Part shown: one piece after another, positions 35,356 through 44,062 of the stretch | How positions within the stretch are numbered: the stretch's first letter is position 1 | How the letters are laid out: each line of letters starts with the position of its first letter | From: a virus | Taxonomy: Duplodnaviria > Caudoviricetes | Direction: 5' to 3' (one strand) | IMG/VR virus record: IMGVR_UViG_3300048606_000186 | Span: 14,844-78,843 of that record | DNA: 64,000 bases | Made by a program: the position numbers and the translations under genes | Notes under the pieces: model-generated | Databases searched by the model: none | Seen by the model: only the letters and a program-made list of their open reading frames with translations | What the model was told of the DNA's origin: nothing

Positions 35356-35751
35356 CTAGCGGGCGAGCGTGGCCTCGAAGCGGGGCGACAGGTCCAGATC
35401 GCGCTCCCAGGCGATGCTCTCACCGCTGCAGAAGCTCGCGGCGGAACCGATGCCGCGGTTGCCGACCAGGACCATCACGCGGCCGTTCACCATCGCTCCT
35501 GCGAACACGACCCATCCTGGCTCGCCGCGGGGATCGTCCATGTCGACTTGGCCGCAGACCGCCCGCGCCGTGCCGCCCCCTCGAGCGGGCATGCCGATCA
35601 GATAGACGCGGCGGAAGCGCGCCGCCGCCGGCTCCGGCAGGACGCGTCCGAGTTGTGCGATCGTCCCGTCGATTAGCGGCGTGTCGACAGCCGGCGGCGC
35701 CGGTGCCTGCGCGGCAAGCAATGCGGCGGCGATCGTCGAGATCATGTTCAT
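35356..35751 (-). CDS. Exported/periplasmic protein
   Basis: Signal-like N-terminus; P.AA.FR....VCG.V pattern; GGAG SD. Confidence 0.6.
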   Translation of the reverse strand: MNMISTIAAALLAAQAPAPPAVDTPLIDGTIAQLGRVLPEPAAARFRRVYLIGMPARGGGTARAVCGQVDMDDPRGEPGWVVFAGAMVNGRVMVLVGNRGIGSAASFCSGESIAWERDLDLSPRFEATLAR

Positions 35752-35903
35752 TTCTCCGAGGGATGCCCTCGCGCGCGATGGTGCCGATTTCTCCGGCCCG
35801 GTCAAGCGCCGCCCGGATTTTTGAATCCCGGAGACTTGTTCATTTCTCCGAGGTGGTGCTGGCAGCCTGTCGCGGGGCGGACTTGTTCATTTCTCCGAGG
35901 TGG
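35745..35903. repeat. Three direct repeats of an RBS+ATG module
   Basis: GACTTGTTCATTTCTCCGAGGTGG at 35833 and 35880; 17-bp core also at 35745. Confidence 0.9.
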
Positions 35904-35943
35904 GTTCCGCGCGCACCGCCGTTCCTGCTACGTTCCGCGCGAG

Positions 35944-36249
35944 ATGCGGACGCTGCGGGCGATCGATGAGGCGGGGCAGGATCTACGCCTATGGTGCTTC
36001 CGCTGCGGGCGCGGGGCGCGAGTCGACGCGATCATATGGCGACTGTTCGAAGCGCGCGACTGGGCCCAGGTGCTGCCGATGGCGGCGCGGCGCTTCCGCT
36101 GTACCGGCTGCGGCAGCTCGGACCAGGTGGCGCTCTATCCGGCGCGACGTCCGAACAGGGCGCCGGCGAGCGGGGCGAGCGTCATCGCTGGATATTTCCA
36201 CCGCTGCCGGGCCGCGGCGAAGCACGCCAGGCGAGACCGGCGGACGTGA
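35944..36249 (+). CDS. Zinc-ribbon protein
   Basis: WCFRCGR...FRCTGCGS; lone rightward gene in leftward region. Confidence 0.65.
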   Translation: MRTLRAIDEAGQDLRLWCFRCGRGARVDAIIWRLFEARDWAQVLPMAARRFRCTGCGSSDQVALYPARRPNRAPASGASVIAGYFHRCRAAAKHARRDRRT

Positions 36250-36279
36250 AAAACCCGCCCGGTTGCGAGCCGGACGGGA
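36249..36279 (-). terminator. Putative rho-independent terminator
   Basis: CCCGCCCGG-TTGCGAG-CCGGACGGG hairpin with AAAA on plus strand (U-tract on minus), between convergent genes. Confidence 0.5.
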
Positions 36280-36315
36280 TTCAGGTGGCGGGTTAGCAGT
36301 GGCGCCCTGGCCGGC

Positions 36316-36489
36316 CTAGCGCGGCCCGAACATGCCCCACAGAATGAAGGCCCAGAGCAGGATCACCGGCCCGATCAGCCATTTGTTGAAACGTCGCATC
36401 CTGGCGCGGGCTTCCCTGCGCCCCTCGCGCGTCGACATCACCGCACAGATGATGACGATCGCCAGAACTACGGTCAGGCCGCCGGGCAT
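36316..36489 (-). CDS. Small membrane protein (2 TM)
   Basis: MPGGLTVVLAIVII...; GGAG SD. Confidence 0.55.
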   Translation of the reverse strand: MPGGLTVVLAIVIICAVMSTREGRREARARMRRFNKWLIGPVILLWAFILWGMFGPR

Positions 36490-36734
36490 GGCTTTAGCTC
36501 CACTAGGGCCGTGTAACGCTGACAGTCGCCGGCGAGCGCGCCAAACCGACATCCGTCATGATGCCAACAGAAGCCGACGTCCTCGCAGTAGCAGATACGG
36601 CCGCCCATGAATGCGGCGAACAGATCGGCCTGACGCTTGTCCTCCCCATCGATACCAGAGGTGTCATTGTTGATCAGATAGCTCGCCCATGCCGACAAAG
36701 CGATTCCGGTGACGGGTTGCAAGGTCGCGCTCAT
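36474..36734 (-). CDS. Hypothetical phage protein
   Basis: WASYLINND.SG....D....GF...HD pattern. Confidence 0.6.
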   Translation of the reverse strand: MSATLQPVTGIALSAWASYLINNDTSGIDGEDKRQADLFAAFMGGRICYCEDVGFCWHHDGCRFGALAGDCQRYTALVELKPCPAA

Positions 36735-37447
36735 GACAGATACACCTTGCCATCGTCGCCGATGTACGGGTTACATTCGCCCGCGGCGCCCGCAGCTCGG
36801 CTGAGCGGGCGTTCGTCATCGTGGCGATCATCGCTTTTCCAGTCGCCATCCCAGAATCCTGCCCCGTGGCCGACTCGCGTCAACCAGAAATCATTCCCGG
36901 CGCGCGCCGCCAAGGTTCCATCCGCGCGGCCGGTGAAATTGTCATCGGTTATCAGGTGGCCGACGGCGTGGAGAAAGGCGCGGCAATCCTGTTCGGCTTC
37001 AGCCATGCTCGAGGGCGCGATATCGGCCGCGTCGTAGTTCTGATCGATCGGCTCGCCGCCGCTATCGTCGGATTCATCGTTCGAGCTCCACAGTGCGCAG
37101 CGGACATAGCCGGCGAGGAATTCGGCGACGTCGACTCCGTTCACCTGGGCTGGTTCTCCGATGACGTGCGGCGCCGGAAAATCGAAGGCCGCCACATAGG
37201 AGCGGAGCGCGCGAAGCTTGTCCGGATCCCCGATATATTCCGCGTCGCCGGTCGCTTCGCGCTCAATGGCAAACGGGAGGCAATCGGAATCGATATGCGC
37301 GACGATCGCATTCCGGCTGACCGCATCGGCAGGGCGGCCCAGGCTATCGAGACCATACATGCAAGCGCCGGTGTCGCCTGACGTCATGTAACTGCCCCAT
37401 TGCGGCGCATATTCGGCGGCTTCGGCGCGCGTCATTGCTTGAGTCAT
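36731..37447 (-). CDS. Hypothetical phage protein (two-domain)
   Basis: C-terminal F..GY..CALWSS...AG.DFWLTR.GHGAGFWD; GGAGG SD. Confidence 0.75.
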   Translation of the reverse strand: MTQAMTRAEAAEYAPQWGSYMTSGDTGACMYGLDSLGRPADAVSRNAIVAHIDSDCLPFAIEREATGDAEYIGDPDKLRALRSYVAAFDFPAPHVIGEPAQVNGVDVAEFLAGYVRCALWSSNDESDDSGGEPIDQNYDAADIAPSSMAEAEQDCRAFLHAVGHLITDDNFTGRADGTLAARAGNDFWLTRVGHGAGFWDGDWKSDDRHDDERPLSRAAGAAGECNPYIGDDGKVYLS

Positions 37448-37456
37448 GGCGTGATT

Positions 37457-37475
37457 CCTCCACTAAAACATGAAA
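37457..37475 (-). promoter_or_regulatory. Operator-like site (TTTCATGTTTTAGTGGAGG), overlaps SD
   Basis: Identical to 39453-39471. Confidence 0.7.
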
Positions 37476-37480
37476 TGCGG

Positions 37481-38332
37481 TTAATTCGACTGCGCCAAGT
37501 CGGCACCGTCCGCGAAGGCATCCCAAAGCCGTTGCCGCCATGTGCCGCGCATATGTTCGTGGTCAGCGAGGATCCGGGCGCGTTCGGCGCGTGACTCGGT
37601 TATCTCCCGCCGCAGAATCGCCAGCTTGTCACGGAATGTCGCGCAAACTCGCGGCGTGTGAACCGCGCCCGCCGGCCTTAGGCTGCGCAGCTGGCGAAGC
37701 TCGCCGAGCAGCTCGCCGGCGAAGGTGCGGGCCGTGGCGATCGCTTCCCCCAGCCGCTGGAAATGAGCACCGTTGCTCCAGACTTCGTTATACTCGCGCT
37801 CGCGCTCGGCGTGACGCATCGCCGTCTCGTCACTCGCCATGACCGCTTCAAGCGACGCGGTGCCGGGAATATGGACGCCATCGTCAGGCTCGCCGCGATA
37901 AATGTTCCTCAGATCAAGGCGGGCAGCACCTGAGTCTTCATCGCGCCATGAGCCTGAGCATCTGATTGATCCTTCGCGATAACCGGCAACGTACATCGCG
38001 CGGCCGTCGCGGCCCGGCAACTGGTAGACGGCGCCGCGGTAGGTTTCTCCGTCTAAGCCGTTCGGCTCGCTGAAATATCCCTTGTGCTCAATCACGCGCT
38101 CCGTCATCTCATCGGCAAAGCCGACGAAGCGCAACCCGATGTCCGCCGGCCGCTCCACCCAGCGCAGCTGATCGGCGCTCGAGCCGCTCAGACCGTTGCC
38201 CGGCAATTCAGGATAGCGGGGTGTTTCTTCGGCGATGTCCAGCCGCGCCAGTTCCAGGGCGCGGGCGGCGCTGCAGCCGCGCTGGCGCCAGTAGTGATAG
38301 GGCAACGCGATCGGTTGAGATGCAAGTGTCAT
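37481..38332 (-). CDS. Hypothetical phage protein
   Basis: 283 aa; AGGGG SD; bounded by junction repeats. Confidence 0.7.
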   Translation of the reverse strand: MTLASQPIALPYHYWRQRGCSAARALELARLDIAEETPRYPELPGNGLSGSSADQLRWVERPADIGLRFVGFADEMTERVIEHKGYFSEPNGLDGETYRGAVYQLPGRDGRAMYVAGYREGSIRCSGSWRDEDSGAARLDLRNIYRGEPDDGVHIPGTASLEAVMASDETAMRHAEREREYNEVWSNGAHFQRLGEAIATARTFAGELLGELRQLRSLRPAGAVHTPRVCATFRDKLAILRREITESRAERARILADHEHMRGTWRQRLWDAFADGADLAQSN

Positions 38333-38339
38333 GGCTGAA

Positions 38340-38358
38340 TCCCCTCTAGAACATGAAA
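38340..38358 (-). promoter_or_regulatory. Degenerate operator-like site (TTTCATGTTCTAGAGGGGA)
   Basis: Same position relative to upstream TAA and downstream SD as 37457 and 39453. Confidence 0.55.
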
Positions 38359-38363
38359 CAGGG

Positions 38364-38465
38364 TTAAAACGATATGAGGCCGAGCAACCGGGCCGCCGGC
38401 AGAACGATGAATATGAACAGGTTTAAGGCGATGACGCTCGCCACTGCGATACGGGCGGGGCTCAT
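38364..38465 (-). CDS. Small membrane peptide (33 aa)
   Basis: MSPARIAVASVIALNLFIFIV...; ATGA overlap. Confidence 0.5.
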   Translation of the reverse strand: MSPARIAVASVIALNLFIFIVLPAARLLGLISF

Positions 38466-38980
38466 CGGGGCGACTCTGGGATGGCGGCCTTGGCGCGCAA
38501 CACATCGAGCGCTGCTGGCAAGCCTGCCACGGACAAATAGGAGTAACGAGATGTCTCTGGGCCGCACTCGGCAATGGTGCGATCGATCAGGTGCGAGGCA
38601 TCAATGAAAACCGCATGAGCAATCTGGGTTTCCGCACCGCCATGGTCGACGCCCCAGCGCTCGCAAATTTCCTCGTAACTGTCATCGAGGAAACGCGTGT
38701 CGTTGGCGAGTCGGCGGGCGTGCGATAGGCTCCGCAGCGCAGCGGTGATACCGACTGACCCGGACAGACCCTCGAGGAAGGCGCCGCCCGACATCCGATC
38801 CGAATTGAAGCGCACCTGAACGCCGCGGCTGTAGCGCGCGGTCAGTGCCTCGGCCGCGGCGATGATTGTCGCGTCGAGCTCGGGCGTGAATCCCGTGCGG
38901 CCTCCGCCAGGGTTGAATCCGCCGACATGCACGCCCGGGGAGCGGGTTATCAAGGGCGCGTCTGGTATTTGGTTAATCAT
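38462..38980 (-). CDS. Hypothetical phage protein
   Basis: 172 aa; AAGGGG SD. Confidence 0.6.
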   Translation of the reverse strand: MINQIPDAPLITRSPGVHVGGFNPGGGRTGFTPELDATIIAAAEALTARYSRGVQVRFNSDRMSGGAFLEGLSGSVGITAALRSLSHARRLANDTRFLDDSYEEICERWGVDHGGAETQIAHAVFIDASHLIDRTIAECGPETSRYSYLSVAGLPAALDVLRAKAAIPESPR

Positions 38981-39141
38981 CTCGTTTCCCCTTCAGGGCA
39001 GGCTTGGTTATCCAACGATGCGAGCGCGGCCGCGCACTTGCCGACGTGACAGTCGCAAGCGATAGTGTTGCGCCTCGAGCGACAGTGAGGATGATGAATC
39101 GAGCGGCTCCCGTGCTCAAGCGCATCCCTTATGAGGTTCAT
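38977..39141 (-). CDS. Small Cys/His-rich protein
   Basis: HHPHC.....CDCH..C; flanked by 17-bp junction repeats. Confidence 0.5.
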   Translation of the reverse strand: MNLIRDALEHGSRSIHHPHCRSRRNTIACDCHVGKCAAALASLDNQACPEGETR

Positions 39142-39329
39142 CTCGTTTCCCCTTTCATGGGCTTCTGGCGATCGGGGCGCGCCTGGGCCGCAACGCAGCG
39201 GCGGCATGCGCCCGTGGACGTGTAGCGCTCGCCGCCGTGGCCGGACGTCCGGCTGCAGGGTGCGCCCGAGTAAAAGAGGGCTGCGCGGTGCCTTGCTGCT
39301 AGGCGAGCTGGATCTGGGCGGCGGGGCAT
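39138..39329 (-). CDS. Small zinc-finger protein
   Basis: Y.G.PC...GH.G.RY.S.G.C..C motif. Confidence 0.6.
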   Translation of the reverse strand: MPRRPDPARLAARHRAALFYSGAPCSRTSGHGGERYTSTGACRRCVAAQARPDRQKPMKGETR

Positions 39330-39330
39330 G

Positions 39331-39444
39331 TCAGCGGCCCCGCATCGCATCGACGATGAGCCCGATCCCATAGGCCAAATACATCGTGACTGCGGTGACG
39401 CTGACCGCGATCAATGCCGCCATCTCAAGAGTAACATGTTGCAT
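39331..39444 (-). CDS. Small membrane peptide (37 aa)
   Basis: MQHVTLEMAALIAVSV...; GGAGG SD. Confidence 0.5.
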   Translation of the reverse strand: MQHVTLEMAALIAVSVTAVTMYLAYGIGLIVDAMRGR

Positions 39445-39452
39445 ATTCCAAG

Positions 39453-39471
39453 CCTCCACTAAAACATGAAA
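39453..39471 (-). promoter_or_regulatory. Operator-like site (TTTCATGTTTTAGTGGAGG), overlaps SD
   Basis: Identical to 37457-37475. Confidence 0.7.
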
Positions 39472-39476
39472 CGGGG

Positions 39477-39701
39477 TTAAATCGGGCGCACCGTCACGCC
39501 GATGAGAGTCAGGCCCGGTGCGAACTGCCGCCCGATGCGCTTGGCATGCTCGGCCCGCTCCTGTTCGGCGCGGTCACGGCTGATCATGTTGATCAGGCTT
39601 TCCGTTCCATCGCTCCAATGGCGCACAATCTGGCATGTCACGCGCGCGAATGCGGCGCGGATGTTGGCGGGGGTGCTACGGTCAGAGGCTATGCTGTGCA
39701 T
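39477..39701 (-). CDS. Hypothetical protein, first gene of leftward early operon
   Basis: 74 aa; AAGGG SD. Confidence 0.55.
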   Translation of the reverse strand: MHSIASDRSTPANIRAAFARVTCQIVRHWSDGTESLINMISRDRAEQERAEHAKRIGRQFAPGLTLIGVTVRPI

Positions 39702-39765
39702 CTCAATTCCCTTCTGCGAATCACTCGATTCCCTATCCATCCTGCCTAAGCTAAATGGGCCGCTT

Positions 39766-39784
39766 AATCCAGTAAAACCTGAAA
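39766..39784 (-). promoter_or_regulatory. Operator-like site (TTTCAGGTTTTACTGGATT) at head of leftward early operon
   Basis: Read directly. Confidence 0.7.
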
Positions 39785-39795
39785 CTCACTTCACC

Positions 39796-39874
39796 CTGGC
39801 CGGCGCCCGAGCTGCACGCGAACGCGCTCGAGGATGGGTTGCCCTACTGCGACTGGCCGGCGCCCGAGCTGCAC
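39796..39874. repeat. 22-bp direct repeat CTGGCCGGCGCCCGAGCTGCAC x2
   Basis: 39796-39817 and 39853-39874. Confidence 0.85.
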
Positions 39875-40032
39875 CCTTCCGGACGCATGCCACCTGCAGC
39901 GCGCCGATCCACCGATTCCGCTTGGGTCTAGTTGTTACCAGTTGGCACAGCTTGCATCGAGCTGCCCCGCGCCCCGCGATGCGACACATGTAGCATGTTG
40001 AGCGCGCGAAAACCGTTGCATTGTCAAGCGGT

Positions 40033-40078
40033 TACGGGTCCCTCCTGCAACATGTGGCGCGGGTGAGGGGCGCTGAGC
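40033..40078 (+). other. Putative cos site: cosQ-like GGGTCC followed by 12-nt cohesive end GGGGCGCTGAGC (40067-40078)
   Basis: TTACGGGTCC matches the lambda cosQ context; 12-mer matches 10/12 to the recalled Chi cohesive end GGTGCGCAGAGC; lies between primase end and early genes as in Chi-like genomes. Confidence 0.6.
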
Positions 40079-40159
40079 CACCTTTTTCGGGAGTTTTCAG
40101 AAACCCCCTTAGAGCATAGTTCTAATTGTTACCGCATGGGACTGGTCGCCCCGATCGGC

Positions 40160-40447
40160 GGACAGGTGGCACAGGTGGTCCAGGTACACCTGTGCCAGCA
40201 AAAACCGCAGAATTCCGCCGATTTATGGGCTTTGGACAGGTGGTACAGGTATTTCTAAGAACTAAATGAGGAGGGGGAATCCAAAAAGCTTGAGGCATGC
40301 TGACATGGACGACTGAAACCCTACAGAAGGGGGCCAGTAGAGAGTTTTATGGAAAAACCTGTGCCACCTGTGCCAATCGCTCAAAAATCGGCGGAAATCC
40401 GCGCGTTTTTGGTGGACAGGTCCCCGGGACAGGTTGTGGACAGGTCC
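40160..40447. repeat. Array of ~10 ACAGGT hexamers in both orientations (origin or cosB candidate)
   Basis: e.g. 40162, 40171, 40236, 40245, 40416, 40429, 40440 forward; 40188, 40357, 40366 reverse. Confidence 0.75.
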
Positions 40448-40493
40448 CGATTTTCGGGGGTTGCCGGCTAAAAATATGCGCGGGTGCGCGGGT

Positions 40494-42998
40494 TCAAATG
40501 GCCAGTTTCGTCGCCAATATGTCGGAGCCGTCGCGATAATAGGCGCGCTGTCGCCCGTAAGGATTGTCGAATGTCGCGCGTTCGCCGTCGGTGAACCAAC
40601 CGGGCACCCGCAGCATGGCTCGACCGAGCGTCTGGGCCTTGATTTGATCGTAGCCGTTCGCATGCCCGCCGAGGCCTTCGCAGAAGATCTGCATGAGGCA
40701 GGTGACGTCGCGAAGGCGAGGCTCGCCACCGGCGTCCTTGTCGTCGAAACCGCCGTCGCGCATGGGCTTGTCGAGCCAGGCGGCGATGCGGCCGGCGACC
40801 CCGTCGTCCGCGCTCTCGACGCGGCGTGATTCCTGCAGCCGTGCGGCGATCTTCGCGGCGGCCGGGTCCGTCAGGAACAAGGGAAGCGTCCCGTAGGGCT
40901 GCGCGGCGCGCATGGCTCGATAGCTCACCAGCGCCTCGGCCCACAACTGGTCGACCTCGCCTTCGAGCCGCGCGGTGTCGATTTCCTTCACTGTGCAGAG
41001 GACCGGCCAGAAGCGACGGCCGCCGGTGTCGTCCTTGAGGTACTCGTGATCGTTGGTCGAGCCGATGAAGATGCACTGCCGCGGGAAGGCGGCGGCCCGG
41101 CGTGCGTAGGCCAGGCGAGCGTGGTCGATCTCGCGGCTGATGAAGGCCTTGATGGCGCGGACGTCGGAGCGATTGAAGCCGGTCAGCTCCGGGATTTCGA
41201 GCACCCAGCCGCCCTGCATCAGCTCGATCATTTGCTTGGCATCGTGGAAGTCGCCGTCCAGCTCCTTGAACCAGTGCCGGCCGAGGATCTTGATGAAGGT
41301 CGATTTTCGCTTGCCCTGGATGCCCTCGAGGATCGTGGCGAAATCGAACTTGTGCCCGGGCTCGAAGACACGAGTCACGGCCGCGGTCATGACCAGCCTC
41401 GCGACGCTGCGGTGATAGGCGTTGTCGGCCGCGCCTACGTAGTCGATGAACAGCCGATCGATGCGCGGCGTGCCGTCCCACACCAGCGATTCGAGATATT
41501 CCCGGATCGGGTGAAACGGGAAATCGTTCGCCGACAGCACGATCGCCGCGCGCAGGTCGCGATCGGTCAGCTTGACGCCGTAGCCGCCCTGGGTCTTCGG
41601 CGCCTCGAAGATCGCCCGCACGGCGAAGTCGCGATCGTCGGACCACAGCTCGCCGTTCAGCGTGTCGCGGACGTCCCAGATGCGGCCTTCGAGCTGCAGC
41701 GTCGGCTTGGCCTCGTTGCGCCGGCGCGGGGGCTTGCGGCCAGGCGCGGTGCGCTGGACGGTCTCCTGTGTGAACTCGTTGATCTGCGGAATGCCTACCA
41801 GCCGGCTGTCGTTGCGGACGATCAAGGCGATATTGTGCAGGGTCGGCCGGATGGCGCCCTCTTCATTGAAGTCGAGGAGCCAACGCCAGTCGTCGGCGGT
41901 CGGCTCGGCCGCGGCGGTGTCAAAGGAAGCTAGCGGATCCGAGTCGGTTTCGCCGAGCAGGTCCGCCAGGCTGCGCGGGGCATCGGGTTCGTCATCGTCG
42001 CCGGCGAACGCCCGGATGGTGTCGGGTTTCTCCGGCAGATCATCGAACTCGGACACCATCCGGGCGGTGCGGGCGTCGATCGCCCACTGGCGGACCGTGC
42101 CCATGGTGACGGGTCGCTTGCGGTTGCGGCCGAATCCGCGATATTTGCTGCGCATCGTGCGCAGATCGCCGTCGAATTTATCCGACCGCTTCGAATGCTC
42201 GACCCAGAGGTCGAAGCCCCGATCGTCGCCGCCGAACTGGTGATGCAGCGCCTGGCCGAGCTGCACCCAGTCGGCATATTCGTCGAGGCGCTCGATCGGC
42301 AGGTCGTCGAGATCGCGCTCCAGCTGCCCGGGCTCGAAGGTCAGCGGCTCGCGCAGCTCGAATTCGTAGGTCTCGCTGTCGGCGACCTCGGCTGCCTCGA
42401 TCCAGGCGCTCGGGATGGTCGGGGCCACGCCCAGGGCGAGCATTGGGAGGTCGAACGGCCGCAGCCAGACGTAAGGGTTGCCGGTGTCCGGATGGATGCT
42501 CGGCGGCAGCGCGACCTGCTTGCCGGTGCCGAACAGTTCTATCTCCCAGTCGTAGTGCCACTTCCCGTCCGCGCCGCGGTGCTTGCCCTCGCTGTGCGCG
42601 ATCACCTTCGATGAGAAGGCTTTGTCGGTGACGAAATAGAGGTGCCGCGACTCGCCGCCGGCGCCGGATATGACGCAGGGAAGCGTCTCAGGGTCGAGGT
42701 CGGGAAATATGGCAGCGAGCCGGTTCCACGCCTCGCCGGCGAGGTCCGCGATGCGAATGTCGAGGTCCCAGGCGTGCAGGAATCCGCCAGATATGAGCGA
42801 CGAGGGCGCCCCGGTGCGGACGCCGACGTTGTTGCCGGTCGCGTGGGTGCGGCGCAGCACGTCGAGCGTCGCCACCGGCACCTCGGACCAGCCCTCCCCG
42901 ATCGGTCGCTTGGTCTTGGGATGCAGCCAGTGGAGCGCGAAGCCCGCCGCGCGCAACGGGCCGATAGCGTCCAGAACCGATTGATCGTGATCGTGCAT
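40494..42998 (-). CDS. Primase-helicase: Prim-Pol + PriCT-2 + VirE/VapE NTPase
   Basis: LHPKTKRP..GW, N.GVRTG; Y..WV..G.ALH...G..LW..S; LEG.QG.RKSTF, L.D.TG.RRFWPV. Confidence 0.92.
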   Translation of the reverse strand: MHDHDQSVLDAIGPLRAAGFALHWLHPKTKRPIGEGWSEVPVATLDVLRRTHATGNNVGVRTGAPSSLISGGFLHAWDLDIRIADLAGEAWNRLAAIFPDLDPETLPCVISGAGGESRHLYFVTDKAFSSKVIAHSEGKHRGADGKWHYDWEIELFGTGKQVALPPSIHPDTGNPYVWLRPFDLPMLALGVAPTIPSAWIEAAEVADSETYEFELREPLTFEPGQLERDLDDLPIERLDEYADWVQLGQALHHQFGGDDRGFDLWVEHSKRSDKFDGDLRTMRSKYRGFGRNRKRPVTMGTVRQWAIDARTARMVSEFDDLPEKPDTIRAFAGDDDEPDAPRSLADLLGETDSDPLASFDTAAAEPTADDWRWLLDFNEEGAIRPTLHNIALIVRNDSRLVGIPQINEFTQETVQRTAPGRKPPRRRNEAKPTLQLEGRIWDVRDTLNGELWSDDRDFAVRAIFEAPKTQGGYGVKLTDRDLRAAIVLSANDFPFHPIREYLESLVWDGTPRIDRLFIDYVGAADNAYHRSVARLVMTAAVTRVFEPGHKFDFATILEGIQGKRKSTFIKILGRHWFKELDGDFHDAKQMIELMQGGWVLEIPELTGFNRSDVRAIKAFISREIDHARLAYARRAAAFPRQCIFIGSTNDHEYLKDDTGGRRFWPVLCTVKEIDTARLEGEVDQLWAEALVSYRAMRAAQPYGTLPLFLTDPAAAKIAARLQESRRVESADDGVAGRIAAWLDKPMRDGGFDDKDAGGEPRLRDVTCLMQIFCEGLGGHANGYDQIKAQTLGRAMLRVPGWFTDGERATFDNPYGRQRAYYRDGSDILATKLAI

Positions 42999-43045
42999 TC
43001 AGACGCCTTTTCGCGCCGCTTCGCAGCGGCGGATCACCCCAGATC

Positions 43046-43366
43046 TCACAGGAAATCGATGAGATCGACCTTCGTGGGGAGCGGGCGACCGAGACGCTGC
43101 AACGCCGCGGCGTTTTCCTCGGCCCGGGCGCAGATGATCACGGCGTCGGCGTTCTTGCCGTTCATTCGGTTGACCCGCAGCCACTGGTAGACCGCCTCGA
43201 GCGACTTTGGCGGATTGAGCATGGCGGCGAGTCGCGGCACGTCGAAATGACCGCGTGGCGTCCGGAATTCGGGGAAAATATCGCGCAGTTTCGCATAGAG
43301 GCTGCCCTCTTTCCAGGTCGGCTGCCTGCCGGGCGCCAGATTTGGCTCCATCTGTTCTCGCTCCAT
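43046..43366 (-). CDS. Cro-like HTH protein
   Basis: DV..LA......S.EAVYQWLR.N; head of leftward primase operon. Confidence 0.65.
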   Translation of the reverse strand: MEREQMEPNLAPGRQPTWKEGSLYAKLRDIFPEFRTPRGHFDVPRLAAMLNPPKSLEAVYQWLRVNRMNGKNADAVIICARAEENAAALQRLGRPLPTKVDLIDFL

Positions 43367-43402
43367 GTCGTTCGCCCGCTCGCTATATCAGGAAGGCGAG
43401 AA

Positions 43403-43440
43403 AATCAAGTAAAACCGGGCAACACAGGTTTTACTTGAAA
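43403..43440. promoter_or_regulatory. Divergent promoter region with two head-to-head operator-like sites (43403-43421 minus, 43422-43440 plus)
   Basis: TCAAGTAAAACC-N10-GGTTTTACTTGA inverted repeat; each half ends in a TTGA -35-like start. Confidence 0.75.
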
Positions 43441-43516
43441 CCTAGAGCGGGCTGTGCCAGATACACCGCGACTCGCTGCGGGCGAGCCAACGGATTCAAC
43501 GAAGGGACCAAGAGCC

Positions 43517-44035
43517 ATGACTATCGAAGCACTTCTGGAGCGCAATGCCGTCGCCGTCGAAAAGCTTTGCGAACTGACCGAGCAACTGATCGCCGGCCGC
43601 GATGCCGCGATCGAGCAACTGAAGGCGGCGGGCGCCGCCGAGAAGCCTGCCACGCGCACCAGCGCCAAGAAGAACGGGGAAGCGACCAAAGGCAAGGCGA
43701 ACGAGACGACGGCGACCAGCCGCCAGATCGACACCAGCGATGCCGGCATCGCGGCGCTCGTGACGCCGTGGATGCAAAGCCACACGACGGATGCCGAACG
43801 GACCGGCGCGGCGGAAGCCGTGCAGGCCATGCTCCAGCATTTTGGCTCGCCGATGCTGACCGGTGTGAAGTCGACCCTCGACGAGACGCAGCGCTACCAG
43901 GCCTATTTCTTTCTGGAGCTGATCATCGCCGGCAAGGCGCCCAACTACAGCGCCGAATACGACTTCGACGCCGATCCGCTGCCCCAGGTCGCGGATCCCG
44001 CCCCCTCGGCCGCCGACGCGCTCGGCCTCGGCTGA
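43517..44035 (+). CDS. Hypothetical protein, ends ...ADALGLG*
   Basis: ATG 43517; M.IE.LL.....AV..L N-terminus typical of first gene of Chi-like replication operon. Confidence 0.7.
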   Translation: MTIEALLERNAVAVEKLCELTEQLIAGRDAAIEQLKAAGAAEKPATRTSAKKNGEATKGKANETTATSRQIDTSDAGIAALVTPWMQSHTTDAERTGAAEAVQAMLQHFGSPMLTGVKSTLDETQRYQAYFFLELIIAGKAPNYSAEYDFDADPLPQVADPAPSAADALGLG

Positions 44036-44062
44036 TCGCGACCTGAACCAAGGAGCAGAGAC

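Noticed and set aside
37476-39480. TTAACC at junctions as CtrA boxes
   Set aside because: No second TTAA at 7-bp spacing; the TAA is the stop codon of the upstream gene
39786-40829. Short ORFs across the cos/repeat region
   Set aside because: No SD or motifs; region is dominated by cis-acting repeats
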